Positions 1-11,051 of a stretch of DNA of 32,394 nt are shown here, piece after piece. Source of the stretch: Moniliella sp. 'wahieum'. Its lineage: Eukaryota. The DNA lies in the NCBI GenBank assembly GCA_003971905.1, contig RSEE01000223.1, positions 1-32,394 of the forward strand, given 5' to 3'. The position numbers and the translations under genes were made by a program. The notes beneath the pieces are model-generated. The model was given only the letters and a program-made list of their open reading frames with translations, was not told the DNA's origin and did not search any database. Position 1 is the stretch's first letter. Each line of letters begins with the position of its first letter.

Positions 1-617
1 AAGCTCATCCCAATGCAGGCCACCACGCCTTGGCAGATTTGGCCTCTGGGTGGGGAGCTGGGTCCAGGTTGCTGACCATCTCTCAGAACGTGGACGATCT
101 GTGTGAACGCGCCAACCACCCTCGGGCCTCCCTGCTGAAGCTGCATGGCGATATTATGACCGTTCGCTGCACCTCTCTTCATTGTGATTACGAAAAGCAA
201 GACTTGACCCACCCCTTGACCCCTGCGTTGGGACGAGTACCACCACTCAGCGAGCAGTCGGCGGGCGAGCCCGATCAGCCCACGATTCCAGTCTGCGACC
301 TGCCTCGTTGCCCCAAATGTGCTTCTCTTCTGCGTCCAGGGGTTGTGTGGTTCGGAGAGCAGCTGCCCCACGACGCACTTGAGCAGACCGAACGCTTCTT
401 TGAAAAGGGTGTGGACCTGCTACTAGCCATTGGTATGTCAGCTTCAGTATATCCGGCCGCTGGTTTTATCGATCAAGTTGAGGAGGCCGGGGGGCGGGTG
501 GCTGTTTTCAACCCCGACCCATCGGCGGGGCGTGACTCCCATTTTGATGGATGGCACTTCCAAGGGGATGCTACTGATTGGCTTCCCCGCGTTCTAGCTC
601 CTTTCTTAAAGCAATAA
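1..617 (+). CDS. Sir2-family NAD-dependent deacylase, 3' part
   Basis: Frame from base 3 reads AHPNAGHHALA...SQNVDDL.ERA...LHG...C..C...CPKC..LRPGVVWFGE...GMSASVYPAAG...FNP, all sirtuin motifs. Stop at 615-617. About 280 aa when joined to 32169-32394. Confidence 0.93.
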   Translation, partial: AHPNAGHHALADLASGWGAGSRLLTISQNVDDLCERANHPRASLLKLHGDIMTVRCTSLHCDYEKQDLTHPLTPALGRVPPLSEQSAGEPDQPTIPVCDLPRCPKCASLLRPGVVWFGEQLPHDALEQTERFFEKGVDLLLAIGMSASVYPAAGFIDQVEEAGGRVAVFNPDPSAGRDSHFDGWHFQGDATDWLPRVLAPFLKQ

Positions 618-717
618 GAAAGATACAAGAATCTTGTGGAGGCGCAACAGATAAAATAGTAAAGCATGCCAATGGTACAGAAGGAGAGGCATATGTTTCT
701 TCTCGATGCGGTTCCTT

Positions 718-2870
718 TTACTTATGTTCCCCTTTCCTCCTCCCGCGCGGCATGTGTACCATCCTTTTCAGGTTGCCCTGGCCCTCCGGTTTTAACGTGT
801 TTTCGATAAAATCGACGTTCCCAATCCTAACACTGATGTGTGGCATCTAATACTTCTGCAACAGGGATCGGGCATTATGATGCTTCCTTTGCTGTCAAAT
901 TTCGGCTCTCTGGGGTGCACGAGCAATCAGCAGCAAGCGAACAATGTAGTAGCCAGCCAAGACCACGCCGGGTTGCATGCCGGAAGCTGCAAGGGTATCG
1001 GGTATGAGGCTCACGGGAAAAAACAATCAAAGGTCGCAGTCGCTGATGGCAGTTTGGAGGGAGATCCTGATAGGGAAGTCGTCAGTCTCGGTCAAACACG
1101 CGAAGTGTAAAAGGCGTAGGATACGCACAACCAGCCATGAAGGTCAGTCTCTGTTCTGGAAAGGAGCAAATACGAATTGGCTGACGTGAAAAGCGACAAT
1201 ACCGCAGGAACCTAACCAAGACAGGGGGTCAGTCTCCGTGTGCAAGGGGTGGTCCAAAGGAAAGGAAACGTACTTGACACACAACCGGCCAAGCTCGCTA
1301 CTGATCTCGACCGTCGAGTTGGCGTCAATGCGCACAGCGCCTTCCAACACTCGGCGGCGCGGGTTCGCCTCATTAAAGAAGAGTAAGTGCGGCCCGAACA
1401 GAACGGTCCATAGACGGGGCCAGGGATCGATCTCAGGACGAGATGCATTGGTGGGACGACGGGGAGGGTGCCCGTTCGCTGCTCGGACTGGATCCGTGCA
1501 AATGCGCAGCCAGCCGCTTCGTCTGTTTGCCCCAGCCGAGGTGGACATCCGCGCCCCCGCCACAGCGGAGGCAAGGAAGGTGTTGACTGGGCCGACCAAG
1601 ATCGTCGTCTGTAGTGTCGGCTCCTTCTGTCCAATCTTCGAGGCAGGCGCGCCGTTCTCACCAAGGGGCACGGAGTGGGGAGTCCGTTGAGGTTGATAAT
1701 TGAACTGCACCAATGTTAGCTAGGTTTCGGCATAGCGAGCACAACTTACTTTGCCCATCCGGTCATACTCGGTGGCGCGACAAGCACTTTGCCACAAGGC
1801 CACAACCCGCTCTATCGACATGGGTTGAGATCGAGGTGGGTTTACGGGAGAGAGTCGTGGGTCGTCCGACGTTAAGGTATGGTCCGTTGAGCTCGGCGGC
1901 GTATCTTGCCCCACGAAGCTCGGCACCAGAGTCGGCCGATATCGGTGCAGTAGATGTCGGGCGAGAGCTTTCGGATTGCCATGGATCAGGAGCGGCCCAA
2001 GGGTCATTCGTATCCAGGTCATCAATTTGACCGGGGCCAGTTGACATGGTGGTCGAGTTGGCCCACACCTCCAACGGAGAGGGTTCGGCTGGGGTGAAGG
2101 CCGAAGGTTGTCTTGCCATTTTGCAACTCGGGAGATGTAGCAGTCCCAGGAGAAGAAGGGGGGGCGGCTGCAGGGAAGGTACGAGCATCTAAGAGAACAC
2201 GGGTGGCCTCCACGTCCGCACGGAGGATTTGCTTGCGCGTACTGTCCGAGTACGCACCAAGGAGAGAAAGGCTTCGTGGCCGCCACACGCGGACCGGCCC
2301 TGGCGACGATCCAGCCACCTCCGAGATGATCGGTAAGGAAACAGTATTTTTTGCAGAAGTGGAGGCCGGGCTGTCGACGAACTGATCCGATGCCTGCACC
2401 AGTTGGACGTCAAACAGTTCCGTCACAGTTGTGACGGGTTCAGGGGCTTGTCCGACCCGACGGGGCACCGGCGCGTGGCGGGCCCTGCGGAGGCGCCGAG
2501 GGCGGAGCACTGGCGCGCGGCGGGCCCTGTGGAGGAGCCGAGGGCGGAGCACCGGTCCGCACGGGCGGGGGCGCTGCGTTCGAGAGCGGCGGGTACTGGC
2601 GATGGCGCGGAGGGTGCGACATGGTATCTTCAGCCCAACCTCGGGGCAGAAGGCAGAGGTGGAGGTGGAGGTGGAGGGGAGGTGGAGGTTCAGATGGATG
2701 CTGCGGGCCGTGGGGGCGGGGGGTGACATGGAGCGATGCATGATGCTCGCAATGGCCCCAGAGCAGCCCCAGTGCCGACACTGGCCCCGCGCCTTCACGC
2801 TGGTGAGCGACGAAGCAACGGGACGGGTGACCCCCACACTGCCCTTGTCCGTGTCTACGTCATGCACGGG
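718..2870 (-). pseudogene. Decayed intron-containing gene of unknown function with a Pro/Ala-rich repeated N-terminus, probably TE-associated
   Basis: Overlapping minus-strand ORFs (2440-2781, 2022-2867, 1763-2188, 1720-2286, 1144-1713) and a GTAAGT...CTAAC...CAG intron at about 1705-1749. The 1144-1713 frame continues to about 718 through four isolated TGA/TAG stops. The 5' boundary is approximate. Confidence 0.5.
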
Positions 2871-3518
2871 CTACGTGGAGGGAGAATAGGGTTGCACTGA
2901 TTGGTGTGTCGGATGCTCAGCGGGTCTGACGCGTGACGCGACACCCAACACGCAACACGATTGCCACTCACTGAGCGGGCGTCCCGCACCAACGTAACCC
3001 GTTTGGGACGAAGGGCACGCCTCCAGCGTTCATTTCAGTTGGACACGTGGCCTCCGCCTGCCACCGCCTCCCGCTGTACATTTCAATTCCTGCGCCAGTG
3101 TTCCGCCTCCAAGCTCCAAGTCCGCCACGCCTGTAAGGGGTTCTTGTGGCCCGGAAATAAGGGCGGCGGCGGAGGCTCGGGCGACCTCGGCATGGGGGTT
3201 TAGCCAGTCGGCCAGCCTCGGCGGGGCTGCATCGGCACTGGCCCTCTGTGGGGGTTCGGCGGCCAGTGTCCCTTTTGTCCGCAGTGCTGTAGTGCCAGTA
3301 ATGTGGTGAGGAGTGGTGAGATCTGAGAAGTGGTGATTGACTACACTGACATTGGAAAGTTAGAGAAAACTTGAAGCTGCAGTTCATCTCGGCCTTTGCG
3401 ACCCAGTGATCGAAGAGCGCAGATTGCCTTACGTCCGCCCCCCGATAGCATATTAACACACGAGTTGGGCGAAAGGATTCGGGCCAAGCAACCCGCTGCC
3501 TTTTTCCTTTGCGCCATC

Positions 3519-4601
3519 ATGTCCACTACTCTTCCCTCCACCGCTACTGCGTGGCGTGTGCATAAGGCGGGCTTGCCGCCTGTGACGATGCAAAAAGAAG
3601 AGGTGCCGCTCCCCAAGCCGGGCAAGGGCCAGATCCTAGTCGAGGTCCGCGCCAGCTCGATCAACCCAGTCGACTGGAAGCTTACTGCTGTCGCGCCAGC
3701 TTTCTTGCAAACCTGGCCCCGTACGCTGGGTAGCGACTTTGCTGGCATTGTTGCCGATCACGGCCCCCCTGAGTGAAGAGCAGAAGAAGACCTTGCCTAT
3801 TGGCGCTCGCGTGTGCGGGCTCAATGATGCGGGTGACGTGGCATTTACGAAGCTGCCAGGCACGATTGCGACCTATACATGCTCCAATGCAACCTGCGTT
3901 GCGCCCCTACCGGAGCGCCTATCCTTTTCCCAGGGTGCCGCGCTCCCTCTTACCTCGCTTACTGCCCTCAAGCTCTCGTCTTACGTCAAGGCCGGCGACC
4001 GCGTCCTGGTCCTGGGCGGTAGCACCAGTGTCGGCCTCATCCTCATTCAGATCCTCCGCTTCCTTGGGGCCAAGTCATCATCACTGCCAGCGCTTCGGGG
4101 GAAAAAATTAAGGTGGTCAAGTCGCTGGGCGCAGACGAAGTGCTGGATTATCGTGCGGTTTCGCTCCCCACTGAGCTGGCCCAGTCCCATGCCACCAACA
4201 GCACCGAAGCTTTCGACGTTGTGCTTGATTGCGTTGGAGACTTAAGCATTTTATACGCGTCGGACAAGTTCCTCAAAAAGGACGGGGTCTATTGTAACAT
4301 CGGGGCAACGGACCTGCTGCCAGGCCAGAGTCTCGGAGCAGTGTTAAAGTTCTTGTGGAGTCGGGCGCGCCTGGTGCTACTACTGCCTCGATTTTTGTCG
4401 GGTGTGCCAAGGACATACAAGGAAGAGATGATTGACAAACTCCAGATGCCGGTCCTGGGCGCCAAGTACATCACTGCTGACGCCGCTACGTCGATCAAGC
4501 CCGTAATTGATTCGGAGTTTGCGTTTGACGAGGCCAAGGACGCATACCAGCGTCTCCTGACCAACCGTGCCTTGGGAAAAATCGTGATCAACGCGCCCTA
4601 G
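3519..4601 (+). CDS. MDR-superfamily (GroES-like) NAD(P)H quinone/enoyl oxidoreductase, Yim1/RTN4IP1-like; two apparent frameshifts
   Basis: Motifs VRASSINPVDWK, LGSDFAGIV, AALPLTSLTA, VLVLGGSTSVG, LGADEVLDYR, FDVVLDCVG, IKPVIDSEFAF and RALGKIVI are spread over three consecutive frames. Shifts lie near 3770 and 4080-4110. Confidence 0.85.
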
Positions 4602-5218
4602 CGTGTCAAGTATGACCGGGGCGTGTATACGTGAATGGAATATTGTGCTGTGCGGCCGATGATCCCTAATCGATAATCGTTGATCATTACAAGATGTGGT
4701 TTTACAAGAAGAAAATCAACATGGGTGGCCAGGCCCAAGGCTTCGCCTGTTGGGTTCTCAAATTCGGTAGAAGCGCGCACTTGATGCAGTTACTATATAC
4801 GACACAGTTTGCCCCCACTTTGCGTGTTGACAATGATGTGCACACGGGGATAGGGATAAGCGTTACAATTGATAAGGTAGGTCTTCCCAAGAGGCCCCCG
4901 TACTCAATCTGTACTACTCAGTGCCAGTGTAATAATTTACGAGGAAGTGCTATCGGATGATATTCTTAGTGCCTTGGCAGCCTTCGCTTGCTTCTGTTGG
5001 GGGGGTAGTGCTAGGCTTCCCCTGCACCCACCCTCAGTGGATCGGTGACGCTCTCGCTTAGCCGGTCGAAAGAGTTCCGCTCGCAGGCCGCACACGCCCT
5101 GCTCGCTCCATCTCCCTTCTCGCCCAAACCCGAAACTACCGTGAATCGTCCTTCACCTAAGGGATTGTACCCCATCAACCTGGGTGAGAGCCCCCTGGCA
5201 GGGCCCAGGGTCGTCGTA

Positions 5219-5907
5219 TCACGTTACATGGGTCGAGCCCACCACCTCTGGTCCACCGATTATCCTTGCTCCAACCCTTCCCTTGTTCCACCGATCACCT
5301 TTTCCACCCCCTCCCCCCTCTTTTTGTTCCACAGGCCCAATTGCTCTCCACATCTCCGCCTTGTTCCACCACTCCGCCTGTTGTGCTATCGCGGGTACTC
5401 TTTGCATCACTGCTCCCCTTTGAGCCAGTAGTGAAGTCCCCATAGGATGGCAGGCATGAAATAACACACCCATCCACCCTATCGAGCTTAAACGCTGTAG
5501 ATCATTGGAGGATGATCCGAACCGAGAGCTAGGGGCAGGGCAGAGACGCGTCGGGTGGTCATCCGTCTTGCAAAATACGCATTGTGGGCAGTCGGCAGCC
5601 TTTTGTGACCAGGGCGAGGGCATGACGGTATAACTCTCGGTGTGGATTGGAGGGGCACTGTGCGCGAGTGTGGTCGTTGATGCGACAATGTGGGGGCACC
5701 GCCAGTGAGCACGGATAGGGGGCATTTTAAGGTAGTGGAGGGACGCGTCGACGCGACTCTGTCATATGCCCGATCGTTGGCGTAGCCAGCCCCACCCACC
5801 TCACGTGCAGGTCGGCGGGCAAAAGGGTTGGCATTTTCTTTTGCACCCTCCGATATAGAAATACGAATATCATCGAATAGCACTTCCTCGTTATTCATTG
5901 CTCTCAT
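5219..5907 (-). mobile_element. Gag-like remnant with a CCHC zinc knuckle (retroelement relic)
   Basis: CVFCKTDDHPTRLC (C-X2-C-X4-H-X4-C) at 5540-5581, within broken minus-strand ORFs in a repeat-rich block. No RT or integrase motif was recognised. Confidence 0.45.
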
Positions 5908-6062
5908 ATGTTGTCACGTGGAGATACCACTTTTTCATTTCTCCGCGCTACCTCCACTAGCTCCACTTCTCCCAATTGAGTTAACATGCATGACATGCAT
6001 AACACGGGCAAGCAGGACGCGGCGGGTGTATTAGCTGGTTATACGCGCAGCACAAAGGCGCC

Positions 6063-6400
6063 CAGAGCGTTTCTTTTTGTCCCAGCCGTACTTCTTGAAT
6101 TCATATCATTGACAGAGCTTAAGGCTGGGACAGGGGGAACGCTACGTCTAAACCGAACCGTTCATCTTGCGGGGGTTACTTGGAAGCGCCACTAAGGTCA
6201 AGGAACCAGGGGATCGCCAGGATATCAGGACCCTCCGGCTCTCGCCATCCGGTCCCGTACCCTAGGAAGCGCGTGTGGACACGGAGGAACGTGGTTGACA
6301 TCCGAGCGAGGAACCATTTCCACTGAGACTTAGTAGCCAACTCCTTCCAATGCGCAAACAACTTGCCCGCCGTCTTGGTGCCGTAGTATCCTCGCGTACT
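6063..6400 (+). mobile_element. Unclassified repeat family, copy A: degenerate R-type end (6063-6087) abutting an L-type end (6107-6175), followed by a coding remnant
   Basis: CATTGACAGAGCTTAAGGCTGGGACAGGGGGAACGCTACGTCTAAACCGAACCGTT at 6107 recurs at 10444-10512, 20071-20126, 21155-21202 and from 25864. Segment 6176-6400 is an inverted homolog of about 20560-20940. Confidence 0.8.
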
Positions 6401-6469
6401 TCTGTAAATATTTAAATGAATGCGAAACGCAACATTAGGGTTTCTTTTGAACCGTGCCGCGCGTCTACA

Positions 6470-7192
6470 CCATCGATCATCGATCGACTCCGTCTCGTCC
6501 ACCTCTTAGATACAGGATGAATATTGCCGTGTGCCACAAGAGCCACAGCAGGCCACAGCCTGTGGAGTGGTACGTTCATTCCAGCTTGAAGCTTGAAGCT
6601 TGAAGCTTTTATTGAACGTTGAAGACGTTAAAGAGCTTAAAAAGCTTTTGAAGATCTAATTCGGCGCCACCTTGAGTACTCAACTGCTGAGTCTGAGTGC
6701 ATCAGATCTCACTGAGATTTCAGAGGCAGTGATGCGTGATGGTTGTGGATATTGTGAATCATTCTCTCTCGCTTTCTCATTAAAATTTCGAATCCTCAAA
6801 AATAAGTGCAGCACACAGTATACATACGTGGACTCTTCGACTCAGACAGAGTACTCAGTACTCGGACTGTGGCAAGCACAGTGCCCCTGCGTAAGCGCCA
6901 CTTGTGGCGCCTGGGGTCATCGGTCACCGGTCACTTATCGATTATCGATTATCGATGATCTCGATGATCGATGATCTCTGAGCGCGAGCCTCACAGGCCT
7001 CAGGTCCTCAGATTGGGTGTCGGCCACTTTTGTGAAGATTGTGCCTCCAGCCCCCTCCGGCCTTAGGCCTAAGGGCCTCAGGAATAACTCGGTACACAAA
7101 TGCTCTCCGGTACTCACGATATGTACTTTCGTCACTTTCAGGGTTTGGCATGGTTTGGGGGTTTAACGTTTAAGCTTCATTAAGCGCTCAAG
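6470..7192. repeat. Cluster 1 of TNA + palindromic 4-mer heptamer expansions
   Basis: AGCT(TGAAGCT)3 at 6583, GGTCACCGGTCA at about 6921, (TTATCGA)3 at about 6935, GGCCTTAGGCCTAAGG at about 7059. Confidence 0.85.
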
Positions 7193-7301
7193 TGTATATA
7201 AAGGTCGAGGTAACGTTCGCGCGTTCATGCTGGCATTTTCTCATTTTCTCTACCTCTCCCCCCACATCACGACCAACACTATCGCCATCACCTTTGCGCA
7301 T

Positions 7302-8570
7302 ATGGCTGACAACCCACCTACCCATATGATGCAGCATGCTGCGCCCGGAGTGAGGGTGCATTTGCCCCCATCTGTTCCAACTTCGCTATTGGAACAGGAC
7401 TTGGTGCGGGGTATGTACCTAGGTGCTGCTCTTGCTTTTCTGCTGTGGGAGTACGCCATTACCCCTTCTCCATTTCTCATCCTATCCTCCTTCATTTTTA
7501 CGCCTGCACCTCTGCTGACACATAACCTCCTCTGGAAGCATACTTATCACATTTCCAGCTGAGATCCGCATGCACAGGAAGCGGGGTTTCAAATGGCTTG
7601 TCACTCCAGCTTTTCTTATCGCGCGCTACACAAGCCCAATTTGTATCGGACTCTACATTCATGCCCTTCGGAAACCTTCTTGGACAACCCAAGAGTGTTA
7701 CCACGTGGGCGTGCGTCCGTCTTTCTTGGCAGCATTATTACCTCCTCCGCCTCCTTCATTTTTTCCGTACGAACTTGGGCCATGTGGCACTGCAATCGCT
7801 ATATCATGATAGTCGTTGCGCTCCTTTGGTTGGCCCAATTTATGATCAATATTATCCTCAACAACTGGTTTCGCCCGTATGCGCTTAACCTGGTGTGTGT
7901 GTCTACGCGATGCCAGGACACGAAATTCCGTGGGCATACTTTATCTGCAACATTGTCTTCGACACACTCATCACTTCGCTTGCCTTTGCCTCTTTCTTGT
8001 TTGACGCACACGGGCGGCGGGTTAATATTACCAGGCAAACTGTGTTGACCAAGGTCGTGCAGCAACGTCTTATGTCTGACGGTTTGATCTACTTTTTCTG
8101 TGCCCTCTCCATCAACTTGCTCAACGCGCTCTTTTTCAGCAAGCGCTGGACTTTTTCCAACATTAATGGGTCCATCGCCAATGCTTTTACTGCCATTTGT
8201 GCATATCGTCTCGTGCTGCTGAAGCTGGGTGGTGGCCTGGACTTGAAAGGTATTGCGGGATACCCCTCCCTCTCAAGCGGTAGTGGGAAACAAGAAGGCA
8301 CAGCAACGATCCAAATATACTATCACCCAAGCCGTGGTTGATCAAGTCGAGATGGAGAACACATCTGCAATCAAAGAGTGTGAGCGCAGCTCCATAACCC
8401 ATTTTTCGACCCTCCCCTCCCCTCCCAACCGTGTGGGCAACGTCCCCTTCACGGTCGAGACACAGGTGATGCAGATGCACGATCCTTCATCCGTGACCCT
8501 AACCCCGCTCCCCTCTCGTTCACTGCATCAGAGCAAAACAGCAGATGAAGAGGCGAGGGTGGGATTCTGA
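7302..8570 (+). CDS. DUF6533-like multi-pass (7TM-like) membrane protein of basidiomycetes; one intron and several apparent frameshifts
   Basis: Splicing 7451-7538 (GTACGC...CTGAC...AAG) gives LLWDILITFPAEIR. Later segments read RTWAMW, FDTLI, LMSDGLIYFF and RLVLLKL, with hydrophobic helices and a Ser/Pro-rich tail ending at TGA 8568-8570. Confidence 0.7.
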
Positions 8571-8858
8571 GTCCCCTTATTCTCTGTTCAGGATTGCTTC
8601 ATTTTCTTCATGGAGGGAAAGGCACTGGCATAGATTATTATTCTTTATCATCACCACGGACCATCAGATGCTCTTCAAATATTTGGTTGTCTCTCCCTCT
8701 TGTGTATGTGAAGGCAGCCCGTACATGATATATGATATATAGCCAGCTTGGCCAACCCACCAACCATCTGGAAAGTCATTATGTCCTTATAGCTCAAATG
8801 CTCAGCATTTGATCTCTGTCTCCTCACCGGCTTTTGTTCTTTCCAATGGCCAAACATC

Positions 8859-8982
8859 AATCATAGCTAATCGAAAATGCTGGTTACAAGGTTCGGGATA
8901 GATATGTGAGTACTACGTACAAAATTCAAGGTGGGCAAGGCCCACAAGATTGTGCGCAAGAAATTTCGATTAGCTATTGATT
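8859..8982. mobile_element. Putative MITE of about 120 bp
   Basis: Inverted repeat AATCA-TAGCTAATCGAAA (8859-8876) / TTTCGATTAGCTATTGATT (8964-8982) with a non-coding interior. TSD is ambiguous, possibly TA. Confidence 0.45.
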
Positions 8983-9413
8983 AGGCTCCCTTCATCTCAT
9001 TAATCATTGGATGTGAAAGAAATTGACCAGAGCTTTTGACGTACGGGATGGCACGGACTTCTGGTCAAGGTTCTTTAGGGCCCTCCTCAAGCTCCACAGG
9101 TCAATAGGTGTGTGGTCCGATGTTTCCTCGTTTTTCTGTGTGTTCCTTGTTTCGCAGCCTCTGGCCCGAAATAGGGGTTGGCTTCTTTTAACATCCCTGT
9201 GCAGAGGTGCCGTTGGGTGGCCTATACCAATACCCCGCACGTATAACGGCGCGCTGAAGCGTTTTGATGTCTTCCAAACATGTTAGGTCAGGATACTCTA
9301 ACCGCCGGATTCTCTCGACAATCCGTTAATCGGTAATGGATGGATGTGTTAATGGATAAACTCGATAACCCCAACACCTGTTTTGCGGCGAGAAACAATA
9401 TCCGTCAAAAATT

Positions 9414-10110
9414 CATCGAGCATCGAGCATCGACGCCATCGACCGCAGCGACTATGCATCGACGTATCATGCATCATGCAGAAAAGCGTTCAATGCGTGT
9501 CAGCGCTCAGCCTGAGCGCTGCTCAGCATGAGCTCAGCGCTCCACGCTCCACTGCATCAACGTCTAAACGTGTGCGTCTAACGTACCTAACCCTAAACCC
9601 TAAGCACAACAGCCAATTCTTTCACACACCTGTGCCTAGCAGTATGTACCTTCCTATGCACATGTATTTTGGATGTTGGCCCGAGATAGAAGGTAGATAT
9701 TTGCCATCGGGCGGATCTCAAACATTGTGGCGCCCGCTCGTCACGCGTCACGCGTCAGCGCGTCACACATCATGCATCATGCATCATTAATCATTCGTCC
9801 CTTGGAGCTTCAAATCATATATTTTCCAGGGATATTTTCCGGGTATATAAAGAGCAAAAACGCCCGGACGGCAGGATGTGTGCGCAAGGCGTAATTGTGG
9901 CGTTACGCGGTACTAGAGAAGTTACTAGTTACTGTGCCCCGTCGAAACTCCGCCACCTGCTCCGCACCGCGCAGTTCGAAAGAGAGGTCGTTGTCACATG
10001 TCACGCGTCACGCGTCACGAGCGAAGACGGGGCCGTACGGCGAGCCTGACTGGCCGGTGAGGCCCTGAGGGGCCTGAGGGCCTGAGGCCTGACTGTCGGA
10101 GTACTGAGTA
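9414..10110. repeat. Cluster 2 of TNA + palindromic 4-mer heptamer expansions
   Basis: CATCATGCATCATGCATCATTAATCATT 9768-9795, TGTCACATGTCACGCGTCACGCGTCACG 9992-10019, AGTTACTAGTTACT at about 9920, CCTGAGGCCTGA at about 10081. Confidence 0.88.
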
Positions 10111-10443
10111 TAATACGCGCTGCGCGCTCACTTTCCCACACGAGGATCAATCTGCGTCTCTTCACTTCCTGTCTTTGTCAATGCATTAGCGTTTCCACCT
10201 TCATCAATCCACACAGTATAGGCAACCCCTCACTTCTATAGTATAGCTGTCTCCTCTGGTCTTTGTCTTCTTTTGTCATCATGTCACCTCAGCTTTACCG
10301 GTCATGCAAGGGCCAATGGCGCCAGGGGCGTTTGATGGACTGTGGGAATGGTTGTGAATTAAACATGGGGAACTCAGGGACGAAGAAGGACAGAAATGTG
10401 CGTTCTTCGGAACTATATACTATGGATACGCCGATATTATACC

Positions 10444-10512
10444 CCCCCGCAAGATGAACGGTTAGGTTTAGACGTAGCGTTCCCCCTGTCCCAGCCTTAA
10501 GCTCTGTCAATG
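10444..10512 (-). mobile_element. Unclassified repeat family, copy B (L-type end)
   Basis: Its reverse complement matches 6107-6175 at 68 of 69 positions. Confidence 0.85.
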
Positions 10513-11051
10513 AAATGGACGTGATCTAGGGTACAACCTTTGCCTGAGAAAGTTCTTGTATCGCCTCCTTTTTTCTGAGCGGACGGGTTGGGAAATTGTC
10601 GTTTAAGCACCAACAGCGCATCTCGGAGACCACCACAGACCTATTACAGCCCGGATTTCGTACTGGCTCACCATAGCTACCGTAGCCACCATTCCCGTCC
10701 ACTGTCCCTCCGCCAACCGCTGTGTGAGGTCCGGTTTGAATTATCACCCATGTAAAGTCCTTCTGCGCTGCATCTGCAGAACGCGGTTGTGTTACAACTA
10801 CAACCTCGTTGTTTTATATATGTTGGTGGAATTGTGCTTTTCCTCGACATCTGACGAGTGGGGCAGAGTCAATATGATCGTCCCTTTTTTGCTTCGTTTA
10901 AGACGAAGACACCTTATCTTCTTCAACGGTATCACAACCTCATGTTTAGTATTTCTTTATCGGATTGAGACCTTTCATGCGGTATTGTTTTGTCGCGGGG
11001 AGGGGGGAGCGCAACAGATATACACAGCAGAAGATGTGAGATGGGGGGGCT

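Noticed and set aside
5986..6195. Short ORFs sharing the peptide LTELKAGTGGTLRLN (also 10295-10510, 19972-20205, 25683-25949) as a small-protein family
   Set aside because: The shared peptide is the translation of the repeat terminus, and the sequences upstream of it are unrelated.
6583..7192. Dense 6-bp restriction sites (HindIII, ClaI, StuI, BglII, ScaI, AgeI) suggesting a synthetic polylinker
   Set aside because: The sites are almost all of the A....T class, are tandemly repeated and degenerate, occur in several clusters, and have no vector sequence nearby. The heptamer rule explains them.
9586..9603. Telomere-like CCTAACCCTAAACCCTAA (also TAGGGTT at about 26600)
   Set aside because: Only 2-3 imperfect units at an internal position, not enough to call a telomere or healing site.
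11017..11033. TATACACAGC match to the 14984/20189 inverted repeat
   Set aside because: Only about 10 bp, just downstream of the PFK stop codon, with no partner; likely chance.
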